The notes: generated by a model from the letters alone, not told the origin. A DNA stretch of 64,000 nucleotides from an uncultured Nitrospiraceae bacterium (GCA_963727805.1 CAVSHF010000003.1:1408001-1472000); one strand, 5' to 3'; numbered from the stretch's first letter, positions 10,750 through 21,233 are shown. Made by a program: numbers and translations.

Positions 10750-12948
10750 TTATAACATTGAAGGCAATTCCAATGCTGGATGCCCAACCTTGGTCAGATG
10801 CTCCAAGAGCTTTTCAGAATCCTCGCAGATCGTCTCATCCGCTATCTTGTCGAGAAGATCCGGAACGCCCTCTTCGGCAGCTCTCTTCTTGAATACTTCC
10901 TCTATCCTCTCTTTGAGAGACTTTGGCATCCAGACAATCCTCTTTATACCACCGTCACCTAACAGGAACTTCCTGCTCGCAACAAAGTTAACGCCGACAC
11001 CCATGAACCCAGGCGTCTGAGCGCCACCGCCGACCGAGCCAGCAAATGTCGAAAACTTCATGCCTACAGGTGTCATTCCCTGGTAACCACGATGCACGAG
11101 CATAACGCCATTCGCTTCAGGGATGATGCCGACGATGCATTCGAAGCAGCCGCACGAGGTCATGGGATTCTCCATGATCGTATACATATTCACTGTTTCA
11201 ACAGCGCCTGCAGTGGCCTTCTGAACGTATTTATCGACGCCGGAAAAACGTCCCATCTTGGCATCGAGGACTTCTTCTTTATTGATCGGCTGGTTGCCGC
11301 CGGTAGGGTCGATTTCCTTGGCAGCCTTACAGTCGAGCCAGTTGAAAGCTCCGCATAATCCAAGACGTTCGGGAGATACGACACAGATATGGCTCGGCGC
11401 AAAGGACTGGCAGAGGAGACATGAATAGAAATCCTCCACTGACTCGTCGGTAAGGTTCCCCAGTCTTGCGTCACGTTCGGCATAGGCGGCCCTCGCTTCT
11501 TTCAACTTTTCCTGGACATCTTTATCGTCCAAAAATAGAGTGACCTGGACCTTGTCAACAATGGATTTAAACCTGTGGTGCGCCATCGTGGTGTGAATGA
11601 TACCAAGGTGTTCAAGGGTGAAACCTGCCTCTTTAGCTTGTTTGCTTATCCTCACCCAGTTAACATCACGCTGGCCCATATGCCATATGCTTTGTGCCTC
11701 GTTGATGTCAGAGTGTATCTTCCTCTCGAGAACGGACTCGAAGTCTTTCTGCATCTTACGACCCGCCACCTCGATCATGATGCCCAGAGGCAGCCTGCCG
11801 CCCTTTTCATAGAGTTCCTTCCAGTTGTCGGGCTTGATGATGACCTTGTTGTCCTCTATGTCTTCCATCTCCCTCATCCGAACCCATTCGAAGGCCGCCG
11901 TCTTATTGCCTCCAAATTCGATGAAAGTATCTTCCTTCCTGATTCTCTCGCCTTCAAAAGCGGGACCGTAAGCGACCGGTATAGGCGGCTTCTCGATCGT
12001 AATCTTGAGCCCTCTAACCTCGATTGCCTTCTGGACAATCTTGGCATGGTCGAATTCCTTGTCAACATGCTCATAGGTACAGACACCGGTCGGTAATATA
12101 ACTGGAACATCAGTATCACAAACGGCAGGGAAGCCCATATTGATAGCGCCCGCTCCTGTCGCCCATTTGATATCGTCCATCGGGCCGAGGGCTATCGCGA
12201 ATGCAAACACCCTGTCCTTCTGGTAAAGAAGATGGCCTTTGAAGTCGCCGGGCTTCTTGCCTCCGAAGATGAGTGACGCCCTGATCGCCCAGTCTGCTGC
12301 ATAAAGGATGTGCTCCGTGTCGGGCCCGAGAGGCACTATCCTCGAATCCCATCCAAGTTCGACATTCTTTCTCAGCAATTGTTTGGTGAAGCTGTCTCCG
12401 TTGGATTGACCTGCGAGAAAGGTAAGGATGTTCTTTTCCTGCAACTCCCTCGCGATGTTCGCGGCGATGTCATCGGTCGGCGCTGCACCGAGGATACAAG
12501 CAAATCCCGGCATGGTGCCGTCGACGAGTTGAATTCCCAAGTTTCTCTGGATTGTGTCACCGATAAAGCCGTTGTACACATAGCCTGTCTCAGGATCTTT
12601 CACCGGCTCAAGACCGTTGACATACCTAAGAGCTAGCAGAATCTCTTCCGTAAACAAAGTAGCCATACCACAATCGAGGGTCTCGCCAAGATAGGGCACC
12701 CACATGTGATCTGTAGGCTCTTCATGGAGGAGGTCCTTCGCGAAACCAAGGGCGACCTCCATGTCTCCAAGCGTCTTCACCTTAAATGCCGTCATGGCAA
12801 GTATCATCGGGAGATAGAACGCCGTATCGGGGAATTCAAAGGCATAATCCTTTCCTTTTTCGGCGATCGTTTTTTTGAGCAATGCGTCCGTTCTGGTTAC
12901 AAGTTCCCGTGTACCTCTCATAACCGCTGTTGCTATAATCTTCGACAT
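10750..12948 (-). CDS. acsB: Acetyl-CoA synthase
   Basis: CLLCQSFAPSHICVVSPERLGLCGA and PMTSCGCFEC A-cluster ligands. Confidence 0.97.
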   Translation of the reverse strand: MSKIIATAVMRGTRELVTRTDALLKKTIAEKGKDYAFEFPDTAFYLPMILAMTAFKVKTLGDMEVALGFAKDLLHEEPTDHMWVPYLGETLDCGMATLFTEEILLALRYVNGLEPVKDPETGYVYNGFIGDTIQRNLGIQLVDGTMPGFACILGAAPTDDIAANIARELQEKNILTFLAGQSNGDSFTKQLLRKNVELGWDSRIVPLGPDTEHILYAADWAIRASLIFGGKKPGDFKGHLLYQKDRVFAFAIALGPMDDIKWATGAGAINMGFPAVCDTDVPVILPTGVCTYEHVDKEFDHAKIVQKAIEVRGLKITIEKPPIPVAYGPAFEGERIRKEDTFIEFGGNKTAAFEWVRMREMEDIEDNKVIIKPDNWKELYEKGGRLPLGIMIEVAGRKMQKDFESVLERKIHSDINEAQSIWHMGQRDVNWVRISKQAKEAGFTLEHLGIIHTTMAHHRFKSIVDKVQVTLFLDDKDVQEKLKEARAAYAERDARLGNLTDESVEDFYSCLLCQSFAPSHICVVSPERLGLCGAFNWLDCKAAKEIDPTGGNQPINKEEVLDAKMGRFSGVDKYVQKATAGAVETVNMYTIMENPMTSCGCFECIVGIIPEANGVMLVHRGYQGMTPVGMKFSTFAGSVGGGAQTPGFMGVGVNFVASRKFLLGDGGIKRIVWMPKSLKERIEEVFKKRAAEEGVPDLLDKIADETICEDSEKLLEHLTKVGHPALELPSML

Positions 12949-12982
12949 CCTTACCTCCTACAGTCGAATTTTTTAAAAAGAC

Positions 12983-14326
12983 TTAGTTTGTACGAGCCTT
13001 CAAAAATGCAGGCAAACCATTGGCCTCTCTGGGGCCTACGGTAATCTTCCAACCTGGTAGCTTATCCTCTATGGAACCACTCAGGATCGCGACATAGCCC
13101 GGGATGATGAGCTCCCTGTGACTTATTTCTTTTTCGATGCCGCTCTCCTGGATGAACTGTGCAATCTTCCCCGCCGTAAACTTCCCTGCTGCCCAACCAG
13201 TCAGAACCGAAAGGCCCTCTGTATCCAGAACTGCAAGCCTCACCGGAACCTTGCTGCCCTCGATTTCTCCGGAAACTATAAAATAGGTGAGAGAGAAATT
13301 TGAGGTTATCAGTAAAGGTGAATCGCCAGTAGGAGTGCCGATAGGATAGATATCCTGCTTAACCTGCAGAGGGACCTGCGGATTTGTATAAATGTTCTGT
13401 CTGAGGGTAAACAGGGCGAGGCTCTTCCATCTGTCGACGCTGCTCATGACCACGATAGACGCATACTTCATTACCCCCAGAGAGGCGATGAGGGTTTCTA
13501 GCATCACCTCGTCCCTTTGGGCAAAAGTGATTATAGGGTAACCTACAGACTTATTACCCTTCTTTAATGCTCCCCTTCTGATGTAGGTGTTGTCCCGCAA
13601 TATTTCTTTGGCGGAACGCGCACCAGAGTCAAGCACCATGTCCTCAACACCAAGCCCCTTGATCTTGTCGGTAAGTGCCGTCAACCCATCGAGGTCTTTG
13701 GCTACTACGCCCAGAGAAACCTTATGGGTCTTTGCAATATTTGCCATTGCATCCGCATTGGACTCGTTTGCCCCGTAAAGGAGTGGCTTATTGGCCGCCA
13801 CTATCTTCACAGCCGCTTCTGCCGCTGCAGGATCGGTGGTTGAGAGTATCAGCGGGACTGCGGGGGCCTTAGCTGCAATCGACTTTACAGCAGCTTCAAA
13901 TTTTCCTGCATCCCCAGATGCATTGCTCACAAATATAGCATCGATCCTGAGCTTCTGGCCGACCCTGTCGATCTCGGAACCGAGAACCTGAGCTACAACT
14001 GCATTTATTTCATCAGAGGACATCGTATCTTTAACTTCCACGGCAAAAGCACATTGGTTGACAAAAGTCTTATCATGCCTGAACAAAACGGTTTCTTCGC
14101 CCATTTTCACCGCGATGTCTCCGGCACCAAGAGTGACAGGTCTGATCGGAGGAGCGGATGCCTCACCGAGAACCTTTTTTGCCTCTTCGGAGACATCCGG
14201 GCACAAATCGAGAGAAACCTGCCTCTGGGCAAGTTTCATTGCAAAAGCAAGGCATGTCGGATGGCCGCACTTTTTGCAGTTGGTTTTTGGAAGCAGTTTA
14301 AATATCTGAACGCCAGATAAAGCCAT
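12983..14326 (-). CDS. acsC: Corrinoid Fe-S protein large subunit
   Basis: LPKTNCKKCGHPTCLAFA, NFSLTYF, GLSVLTGWAAGKF. Confidence 0.96.
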   Translation of the reverse strand: MALSGVQIFKLLPKTNCKKCGHPTCLAFAMKLAQRQVSLDLCPDVSEEAKKVLGEASAPPIRPVTLGAGDIAVKMGEETVLFRHDKTFVNQCAFAVEVKDTMSSDEINAVVAQVLGSEIDRVGQKLRIDAIFVSNASGDAGKFEAAVKSIAAKAPAVPLILSTTDPAAAEAAVKIVAANKPLLYGANESNADAMANIAKTHKVSLGVVAKDLDGLTALTDKIKGLGVEDMVLDSGARSAKEILRDNTYIRRGALKKGNKSVGYPIITFAQRDEVMLETLIASLGVMKYASIVVMSSVDRWKSLALFTLRQNIYTNPQVPLQVKQDIYPIGTPTGDSPLLITSNFSLTYFIVSGEIEGSKVPVRLAVLDTEGLSVLTGWAAGKFTAGKIAQFIQESGIEKEISHRELIIPGYVAILSGSIEDKLPGWKITVGPREANGLPAFLKARTN

Positions 14327-14339
14327 TTTTATTCCTCCC

Positions 14340-15278
14340 TTACATTAATTCGTCAATCAATTTTTCTACTGCGTTAATTGCTTCGGGATGCCTCATGATC
14401 AAAAGCTCCGAGCCGGCAATCATGAGTGCACTTGCCGTCACGGCCTCCCATGCAATTGCTCTCTGCTCAAGTACTCCGCCAATGGGAAGTTCCGCTTCGG
14501 TAGCTATAGCCTCTTTGGCCTTCCAGGCATTCATTCCGACATCGGCGAGCATAGGCATTTGCATCGTGGCGTCATTCTGGGTCAAGGCGGCCAGCCTAAT
14601 CCTCTCCATGACCGAATAGGTATAATCAAGTCCATACCCGAGCGCCGAGCACATAGGATCTGTAACCAGATTCTCTTTATCAAAGCCCATCTGTGTTATC
14701 AGAATATTCAGTTGCTTGGAAAGATTGATATCCAGCTGCGACATTGCTATAAGTTTGAGGTTGTTTGCCATGCACGCTGCAACTATTGTCTTGTAATTCT
14801 CTTCCTGCGCCTTTCCCAGAAAACAGTTCTTGTCCTTGGCCGCTTCTGCAGCCGCGATCAGTATGGCGGCGTCTTTTTCAACATGATTGCTGCCGAGGAT
14901 TATTAACGGGACGCTAATCGCGGCAAGTACGTCCTTTACTGTTTTGGCGGCATCTTCCGGGGAGCGATTCTCCCTGTCGGGATGTGTCCCTATCAGTCTG
15001 AGCGCAATTGCTTTTGCATTCAGTTTGTCCTGGCAATATTTCGCCCATGTGACAGGATCTCCGGAAACTCCTTCATATACTTTCTTAAGGGTTTCCGGCC
15101 AGTCAGCGGGGGGGACGTCCTGAATCTCATAAGCCACAACGGGTCTGTTCGGAACGTTTCCTTCAAACAAATGGAAAGGCAGGACATCCTCTCCACCAAT
15201 AACAATTTTCTTGTCCGTTCCCGCATCAATTTGAAAAACTTTACCAGCAGAAGTCTCATTTGGTGCTGTAAATGCCAT
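14340..15278 (-). CDS. acsD: Corrinoid Fe-S protein small subunit
   Basis: LPFHLFEG, DINLSKQLN, ALGYGLDYTYSVMERIRLAAL, MRHP. Confidence 0.95.
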   Translation of the reverse strand: MAFTAPNETSAGKVFQIDAGTDKKIVIGGEDVLPFHLFEGNVPNRPVVAYEIQDVPPADWPETLKKVYEGVSGDPVTWAKYCQDKLNAKAIALRLIGTHPDRENRSPEDAAKTVKDVLAAISVPLIILGSNHVEKDAAILIAAAEAAKDKNCFLGKAQEENYKTIVAACMANNLKLIAMSQLDINLSKQLNILITQMGFDKENLVTDPMCSALGYGLDYTYSVMERIRLAALTQNDATMQMPMLADVGMNAWKAKEAIATEAELPIGGVLEQRAIAWEAVTASALMIAGSELLIMRHPEAINAVEKLIDELM

Positions 15279-15348
15279 ATATACCTCCGTTTATTAGTCG
15301 TGCGTCGGTAGGATGTAAAATAAATAACTATCGACCATCGACACTATT

Positions 15349-16131
15349 TTACATTTCCAAATAGGAATGTGCATAAAGGGTCCTGCCCATTATCACATCT
15401 ATCGTTTTAGCAGTTTCTTTGACTTCTGCGGCATCTGCAATCGCAGCGGTCAGTCCCTCGTAAAGCAGTAATGTCAGCAGATGTTTATTCATTATGTGTC
15501 TGAGAGGCTTCGGCATGCCGTTTGATATATTGCTCAATCCCACTACTGTCTTCATCGGGGGATCGTTCAACTCCTGGAACATCTTCACGGCCTGTATTAC
15601 TTTTAATGCCTGGTCCTGGGTAGTGGCCATCTGGAGAACAAGCGGATCAAGATAGAGGTCTTCAACTGGCATACCGTATTCCATCGCCCTTCCCATTATC
15701 TCTGAAGCTATGGCCGCCCTTTCTTCAGCATCGGCAGGGAGACCGCCTTTGCCGACGGTGAGGCCTATCAATTGTGCCTTGTATTTTACGGCGACTTCCA
15801 TGATCGGGAACCTTTCAGGATCGTTGGAGGTGGAATTAATCAGCGGTCTGCCCCATTGACTATTATGGACCTTCAGTCCGGCCTCGATAGCTTTAACATT
15901 GGTAGTGTCAAGACAAACAGGTAGTTGAACCACTTCCTGAATGGTTGTCACCATCCACTCCATCATCTTCTCTCCGCCGTCTTCAGCAGGGCCGATATTG
16001 GCATCAATCATGCCCGACCCTTCTTTCCACTGCCGCACAGCAATTTCCTGAATAGGCCCTTTGTCGAATTTCATCATTGCTTCGCGTACACGTTTGGCGA
16101 TAATGCTCAACTTCTCCCCGATGATTAGCAT
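15349..16131 (-). CDS. acsE: Methyltetrahydrofolate:corrinoid Fe-S protein methyltransferase
   Basis: MLIIGEK, LINS, DPLVL, GLSNISNG pterin-binding fold; cluster context. Confidence 0.92.
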   Translation of the reverse strand: MLIIGEKLSIIAKRVREAMMKFDKGPIQEIAVRQWKEGSGMIDANIGPAEDGGEKMMEWMVTTIQEVVQLPVCLDTTNVKAIEAGLKVHNSQWGRPLINSTSNDPERFPIMEVAVKYKAQLIGLTVGKGGLPADAEERAAIASEIMGRAMEYGMPVEDLYLDPLVLQMATTQDQALKVIQAVKMFQELNDPPMKTVVGLSNISNGMPKPLRHIMNKHLLTLLLYEGLTAAIADAAEVKETAKTIDVIMGRTLYAHSYLEM

Positions 16132-16178
16132 GCATCCTCCTTTTCTTTATTGCTTAGTTGGCTTTTTACACTCTCACT

Positions 16179-16238
16179 ATTATAAGCATTTTAAAATTAA
16201 AGTAAAGAAGTATATTTTATAGTTATAAAGCTATAAAA
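16179..16238 (-). promoter_or_regulatory. Promoter and inverted repeat upstream of acsE
   Basis: TTTACT-N16-TATAAT; TTTTATAG-N8-CTATAAAA palindrome (16215-16238) just upstream of -35. Confidence 0.55.
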
Positions 16239-16351
16239 AATGCAAATGTTTCAGGTATTTCCACTGCTGAAATCCAGCCTTGCCTCATGGCAGTTTTGCG
16301 CTTCATGTTTGCGCTAAGCTCCTTCCGAACGAGTGCTGAAAACTAAATGAA

Positions 16352-17119
16352 TTATGGTATACGACAGGCGTCAAGTATACCGTACAGGGCCTTCACCGAG
16401 ACGGCATCTTCGGGAAGTTCAAAAACCGGTTTCCCCTGGAGGTCAAACCGCGAGATCATCTCATCCTGCGGAACGAGTCCCGCGACGGTAATCCCTGCCG
16501 TCTCAGCAATTTCCTTCAGGTCGGATGCTGCATCCCCGATCACCCTATTGATGACGAGGATGCTCTTATCGACTTCGAGTTTGAGTTCATCGACAAGGGC
16601 GTGGATTCTTTTTGCTGTGAGTATGCCCTTCATCGTGGGATCGCTTACTATGATAAGAAGATTGACCTTATGGGTTGTCCGTCTGCTCAGATGCTCCATG
16701 CCCGCTTCATTATCAATGACCACATAGGGATAAGTTTCCGACAGCTTGTCGCTGTACTTCCTAATAATATTATTGGCTGCGCAATAGCAGCCCGCTCCCT
16801 CTGGCCTGCCCATGACGATAAGGTCGAAGCCCGTCGCCTCGATCACAGATCGACTGACCTCATAATCGAAAATCTGCTCCATAGACATCCCGCCTGGCCT
16901 ATCCACCCCACTCCTTATGGTGTCAAGCGATTCCTCGCGCAGCCTGCCGACAGTGGTGTGAACCTCTACTCCTAGAGCCTCGTTCAAACATGAATTGCTG
17001 TCAGCATCAACACCCAGAACCGGCCCGCGCCTTTTGCTCACAAGGTATTTCATCGTCAGGCCAGCCAGGCTAGTCTTGCCCGTGCCGCCTTTTCCTGCAA
17101 AAGCAATTGCATACGCCAT
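16352..17119 (-). CDS. cooC: CODH/ACS nickel-insertion ATPase (CooC/AcsF)
   Basis: GKGGTGKT, GCYC, DNEAGMEHLSR. Confidence 0.93.
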   Translation of the reverse strand: MAYAIAFAGKGGTGKTSLAGLTMKYLVSKRRGPVLGVDADSNSCLNEALGVEVHTTVGRLREESLDTIRSGVDRPGGMSMEQIFDYEVSRSVIEATGFDLIVMGRPEGAGCYCAANNIIRKYSDKLSETYPYVVIDNEAGMEHLSRRTTHKVNLLIIVSDPTMKGILTAKRIHALVDELKLEVDKSILVINRVIGDAASDLKEIAETAGITVAGLVPQDEMISRFDLQGKPVFELPEDAVSVKALYGILDACRIP

Positions 17120-17132
17120 ATCCAAATCCTCC

Positions 17133-17774
17133 TTAACTCTTCAATATTTTTAATATTTCAGGCATTGTATTGACAACATAATCCGCTCCCCGAAGTGAGC
17201 TGAGTGGTCTGTAACCATAAGTTACTGCGATTGTTGTGACGCCCGCGGCCTTTCCTGCCTCAATATCAAAATTACTGTCACCGACGATAACGGCCTCTTC
17301 AGGTTTGGCTTCAAATCTCGAAAGAACATACTGGATGGGGACTGGGGAAGGCTTCCTTTCGGATGTCGTGTCACTGCCGACCACAACATCAAAATATTTC
17401 CGCATACCGAGAAGTTCAAGAATCCTAGATGAGAGATCTTCCCTCTTATTAGAAATGACCGCTTTGGGGTATTCTTTCAACGCTTCCATAGTTTCCTTGA
17501 CACCCGGATAGACCGGCGTATTATCTGTAAGGTGAGCGGAATAGTGATTGAGAAAACGTTGTATGAGTATGTCTTTATCCGCAGAGAGGTTGTACTTCGC
17601 GATAATCTTTTGGAAAAGCGTCGTAATGCCCTCTCCAATCATCGTTATAGTTTCCTGCACCGTTACAGGCGGAACATTCGTTCCCTCGAGTGCATAATTG
17701 ATAGCGTGGGATATATCGGTGCTCGAGTCGACAAGCGTTCCGTCGAGGTCGAAGATAATAAGCTTCATCGTCAT
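17133..17774 (-). CDS. HAD-family hydrolase, phosphoglycolate phosphatase-like
   Basis: FDLDGTLVDS, SNK, KPSP, VGDS..DI. Confidence 0.88.
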   Translation of the reverse strand: MTMKLIIFDLDGTLVDSSTDISHAINYALEGTNVPPVTVQETITMIGEGITTLFQKIIAKYNLSADKDILIQRFLNHYSAHLTDNTPVYPGVKETMEALKEYPKAVISNKREDLSSRILELLGMRKYFDVVVGSDTTSERKPSPVPIQYVLSRFEAKPEEAVIVGDSNFDIEAGKAAGVTTIAVTYGYRPLSSLRGADYVVNTMPEILKILKS

Positions 17775-17880
17775 GATATTAATGTAACCGATCATCGTAA
17801 AAAAGCTCAACAATCGGCGGTAATCGGCAACTCACCTCTTTCCGCCTCTTACTTCTCACTTTCTTCTGTTATAATTAACG

Positions 17881-18804
17881 ATGAACCTATATCTTATAGA
17901 CGGCCATTCCTACTTCTACCGAGCCTTTCACGCCATAAAAAATCTTAGTAATTCCAAGGGCTTTCCAACTAACGCGATCTTCGGTTTTACCAATATGCTT
18001 TTCAAGCTGATCAGGGAGAAGAAACCTGATGCCATTGCAATAGTACTTGATTCGCCGGAGCTTACAGAACGCCACAGAATATACAAAGATTACAAGGCCC
18101 AGCGCCCAGAGACGCCTTCCGATCTCGTGCGCCAGATTCCTCATATGAAAAAGGTGATCGAGGCATTTAAAATATTGTTCTTTGAGATTCCAGGATACGA
18201 GGCCGATGATATCCTCTGCACCTTGGCAAAAAAGGCAGTAGCGGAGGGTGTCGATGTCTACATACTGAGCGGGGATAAAGACATGATGCAGGTGGTCGAA
18301 AGAGGTATCAAAATCTATGATCCTATGAAGGAAATCATGATAGACGAAGTCTTTGTATATGAACGATTCGGCGTGCCCCCCAAAAGAGTCGCAGAGGTCA
18401 TGGCCCTCACCGGAGACGCAATAGATAACATTCCAGGAGTAAAGGGAATCGGCGATAAGACGGCAAAGGACCTCATCTCGAGTGTCGGGAGTCTCGACGA
18501 GCTTCTCGAACATCCCGAAAAAATAAAGAATGAACGAACCAGGAAGATGATCATAGAAAACCTCGACGTGATCAGGTTGAGTAAGACCCTCGCGACAATC
18601 GATGTCAATCTGCCGATAGACTTGGTCATGAAAGATCTCGTCGCGAAGGAACCCGACTGGCCGACACTCCAGAAGATATTTTCAGAGTTTGAACTGAAAA
18701 GCCTCATCAAAATGATCCCGGCCGAAGGGCATAAACAGAGAGCCAGTTATATCACTATTACTGATAAGAAAGGACTCGAGAATTTCTTGGGATTGAACGG
18801 ATGA
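17881..18804 (+). CDS. polA: DNA polymerase I, N-terminal 5'-3' exonuclease part
   Basis: LIDGHSYFYRAFHA, YKAQR, GYEADD, GDKD, GDAIDNIPGVKGIG. Confidence 0.9.
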   Translation: MNLYLIDGHSYFYRAFHAIKNLSNSKGFPTNAIFGFTNMLFKLIREKKPDAIAIVLDSPELTERHRIYKDYKAQRPETPSDLVRQIPHMKKVIEAFKILFFEIPGYEADDILCTLAKKAVAEGVDVYILSGDKDMMQVVERGIKIYDPMKEIMIDEVFVYERFGVPPKRVAEVMALTGDAIDNIPGVKGIGDKTAKDLISSVGSLDELLEHPEKIKNERTRKMIIENLDVIRLSKTLATIDVNLPIDLVMKDLVAKEPDWPTLQKIFSEFELKSLIKMIPAEGHKQRASYITITDKKGLENFLGLNG

Positions 18805-20600
18805 AACAGAGATCGTTATTCGACGAAACAGACGCAATTTCGACTGTAGCTCTAGCTCCAAGGGACGAAATCGAATGCTCCTCACCGTTCAAGGAACTTT
18901 CCTTTGATGTTGAGTCAACAGGCCGGCATCCGGTATCGGATACCACAGTTGGCATCTCATTCTGCAAAGAAGAAGGCACTGCCTGCTATGTTCCTGTGCG
19001 ACATGCAGAAGGCTGCAATGTACCCAATGCGTTTTCGATAATCAAACCGGTGCTGGAAGATAGGCGTATCGCGAAGATTGGCCACAATCTGAAATACGAC
19101 ATCCTTATCCTGAGAAAGGAAGGGATTCAAACAGCAGGAAAGCTTTACGATACTATGCTCGCCTCATACCTGCTCAACCCGAACAGGCCCGAGCACAGCC
19201 TCGAATCAGTGAGCCTCGAATACCTTAATCACAAGAAAAGGGCATTCACCGAAGTTCTCGGGAAAAGGACCTCCTTTGCCGAGGTACCGGTGATTGATGC
19301 CACGGCCTATGCTGCTGAAGATGCTGAACTAGCCTGGGAACTCAAAGAGATACTCTTTGACAAGCTTGATGCTGAGGACCTCGGTCCGCTCTATTTTGAT
19401 ATCGAGATGCCTCTAATTTATGTGCTCTCCGATATCGAAGAGGCGGGAATAAAGGCCGACGTAAAGAGACTCGAGGAACTCTCTAAGGAACTGGAACGGG
19501 AACTCGATCTGCTCGACTCCAAGATTTATAGTCTCGCCGGAGAGGAATTTAACATCAACTCGCCAAAGCAGCTTAGCAGAGTACTCTTCGATGTCCTGAA
19601 GCTAAAACCCAGTAAAAAGACAAAGACCGGTTTTTCCACAAATGTAGAAGTGCTCGTAGAGCTTGCCAAGAGCCATGATCTGCCAGCTGAAATCCTCAAT
19701 TACCGGACTTATTACAAATTGAAGACGACCTATGTCGATGCCCTCCCTAAGCTCATCAACGAAAAAACAGGAAGGATTCATACCTCTTTCAATCAGACCG
19801 TTACTGCTACAGGCAGGCTGAGTAGTAGCGACCCCAATATGCAGAACATACCGATCCGTGGATCATGGGGTGTAAAGATACGGGAAGTCTTCATTGCGGA
19901 AAAAGGTTCCGTCCTCATCTCCGCCGACTACTCGCAGATTGAACTCAGAATCCTTGCACACCTGAGCGATGATGAGGGATTAATCGAGGCTTTCAAGAAG
20001 AATATTGACATCCATACGAGAACGGCATCCGAGATTTTCGGTATTTCTCAGCATGAAGTAACTCCTGACCAGCGCCGCGTTGCCAAGACCGTTAATTTCG
20101 GCGTCATTTACGGCATAAGCCCTTTTGGCCTGTCTGAAGCTTTGGATATTTCACCTAAGGAAGCCGCTATCATGATTGACCATTATTTTGAGAGACATAG
20201 AGGAGTTAAAGACTTTATGGACCTGACACTTCAGGGAGTTCGTTCAAGAGGATATGTTAAAACGCTTTTAGGAAGAAAAAGGCCTCTTCCTGAAATACAC
20301 AGTTCAAATGCGAATGTGAGGATGCAGGCCGAGCGCATGGCGATCAATGCCCCCGTGCAGGGCACCGCTGCGGACCTTATAAAGATAGCCATGATTCATA
20401 TCTGGAAAAGATTAAAGGAAAGCACGTTCAAAACAAGGATGATCCTTCAGATACATGACGAACTGCTTTTCGAAGCGCCGGAGGAAGAAATTGAATCCGT
20501 ATCGGCGATGATCAGGGAAGAAATGGAAGGCGCCCTCAACCTTTCAGTGCCGCTTCATGTCGAAATTGGTCAAGGACGTAATTGGGCCGAGGCGCATTAA
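18801..20600 (+). CDS. polA: DNA polymerase I, 3'-5' exonuclease plus polymerase (Klenow-like) part, different frame
   Basis: FDVES, GHNLKYD, YAAEDA, TGRLSS, ADYSQIELR, AKTVNFGVIYG, QIHDEL. Confidence 0.92.
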   Translation: MKQRSLFDETDAISTVALAPRDEIECSSPFKELSFDVESTGRHPVSDTTVGISFCKEEGTACYVPVRHAEGCNVPNAFSIIKPVLEDRRIAKIGHNLKYDILILRKEGIQTAGKLYDTMLASYLLNPNRPEHSLESVSLEYLNHKKRAFTEVLGKRTSFAEVPVIDATAYAAEDAELAWELKEILFDKLDAEDLGPLYFDIEMPLIYVLSDIEEAGIKADVKRLEELSKELERELDLLDSKIYSLAGEEFNINSPKQLSRVLFDVLKLKPSKKTKTGFSTNVEVLVELAKSHDLPAEILNYRTYYKLKTTYVDALPKLINEKTGRIHTSFNQTVTATGRLSSSDPNMQNIPIRGSWGVKIREVFIAEKGSVLISADYSQIELRILAHLSDDEGLIEAFKKNIDIHTRTASEIFGISQHEVTPDQRRVAKTVNFGVIYGISPFGLSEALDISPKEAAIMIDHYFERHRGVKDFMDLTLQGVRSRGYVKTLLGRKRPLPEIHSSNANVRMQAERMAINAPVQGTAADLIKIAMIHIWKRLKESTFKTRMILQIHDELLFEAPEEEIESVSAMIREEMEGALNLSVPLHVEIGQGRNWAEAH

Positions 20601-20750
20601 TTCAAAGTACTCTGCCAGATAAGAGAGTCTATAGGATACGCAAGAACAGGAGTAAACACGAATATGCAGTGATTCATTGGCTTCATTAGTGAACAAAGAG
20701 AACCAATAGCACCCACCTGCAAATCACAGTGAGGTGTGGCGCTATGTTTT

Positions 20751-21233
20751 TTAACCCTTGTTGAATATCGGTAACAGCTTATCATAGGTATCGAGGATGT
20801 GCTCAGGGATCATTCTCACCTCTGCGGTAACAGCCATGAAGTTCGAATCCCCTCCCCACCGTGGCACCACATGCATATGGAGATGCTCTTCAATGCCCGC
20901 CCCCGCAGCCTTGCCGATATTTATCCCTATGTTGAATCCCTCGGGATGAAAGGCTGCAGTGAGGCAATCGACGCAGTATTTGGTTAGCTTCATGAGTTCA
21001 CACATCGCATCGGCGTTGAGCCCCTCGAACGACGATGTGTGGAAGTATGGGATGACCATCAGATGGCCATTGCTGTATGGGTATTTGTTCATCATGACAA
21101 AGACATTCTTGTCACGGTAAAGGATGAGATTTCCCCTGTCGTGTGTTTCCTGCGGCTTCATGCAAAAGATACAGTATCTCTCTTTCTCCCCGAGAATATA
21201 CTCCATACGCCAGGGTGCCCAGAGGACTTTCAT
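20751..21233 (-). CDS. HIT-family protein (Ap4A phosphorylase/hydrolase-like)
   Basis: LWAPWR, CIFC, NKYPY, HLHMHVVPRW; ATGA overlap with upstream gene. Confidence 0.9.
   Translation of the reverse strand: MKVLWAPWRMEYILGEKERYCIFCMKPQETHDRGNLILYRDKNVFVMMNKYPYSNGHLMVIPYFHTSSFEGLNADAMCELMKLTKYCVDCLTAAFHPEGFNIGINIGKAAGAGIEEHLHMHVVPRWGGDSNFMAVTAEVRMIPEHILDTYDKLLPIFNKG

Noticed and set aside
18802..18804. TGA in polA as a second Sec/readthrough site
   Set aside because: The same frame hits TAG within about 15 codons and the homology continues in another frame; this is a frameshift, not readthrough.
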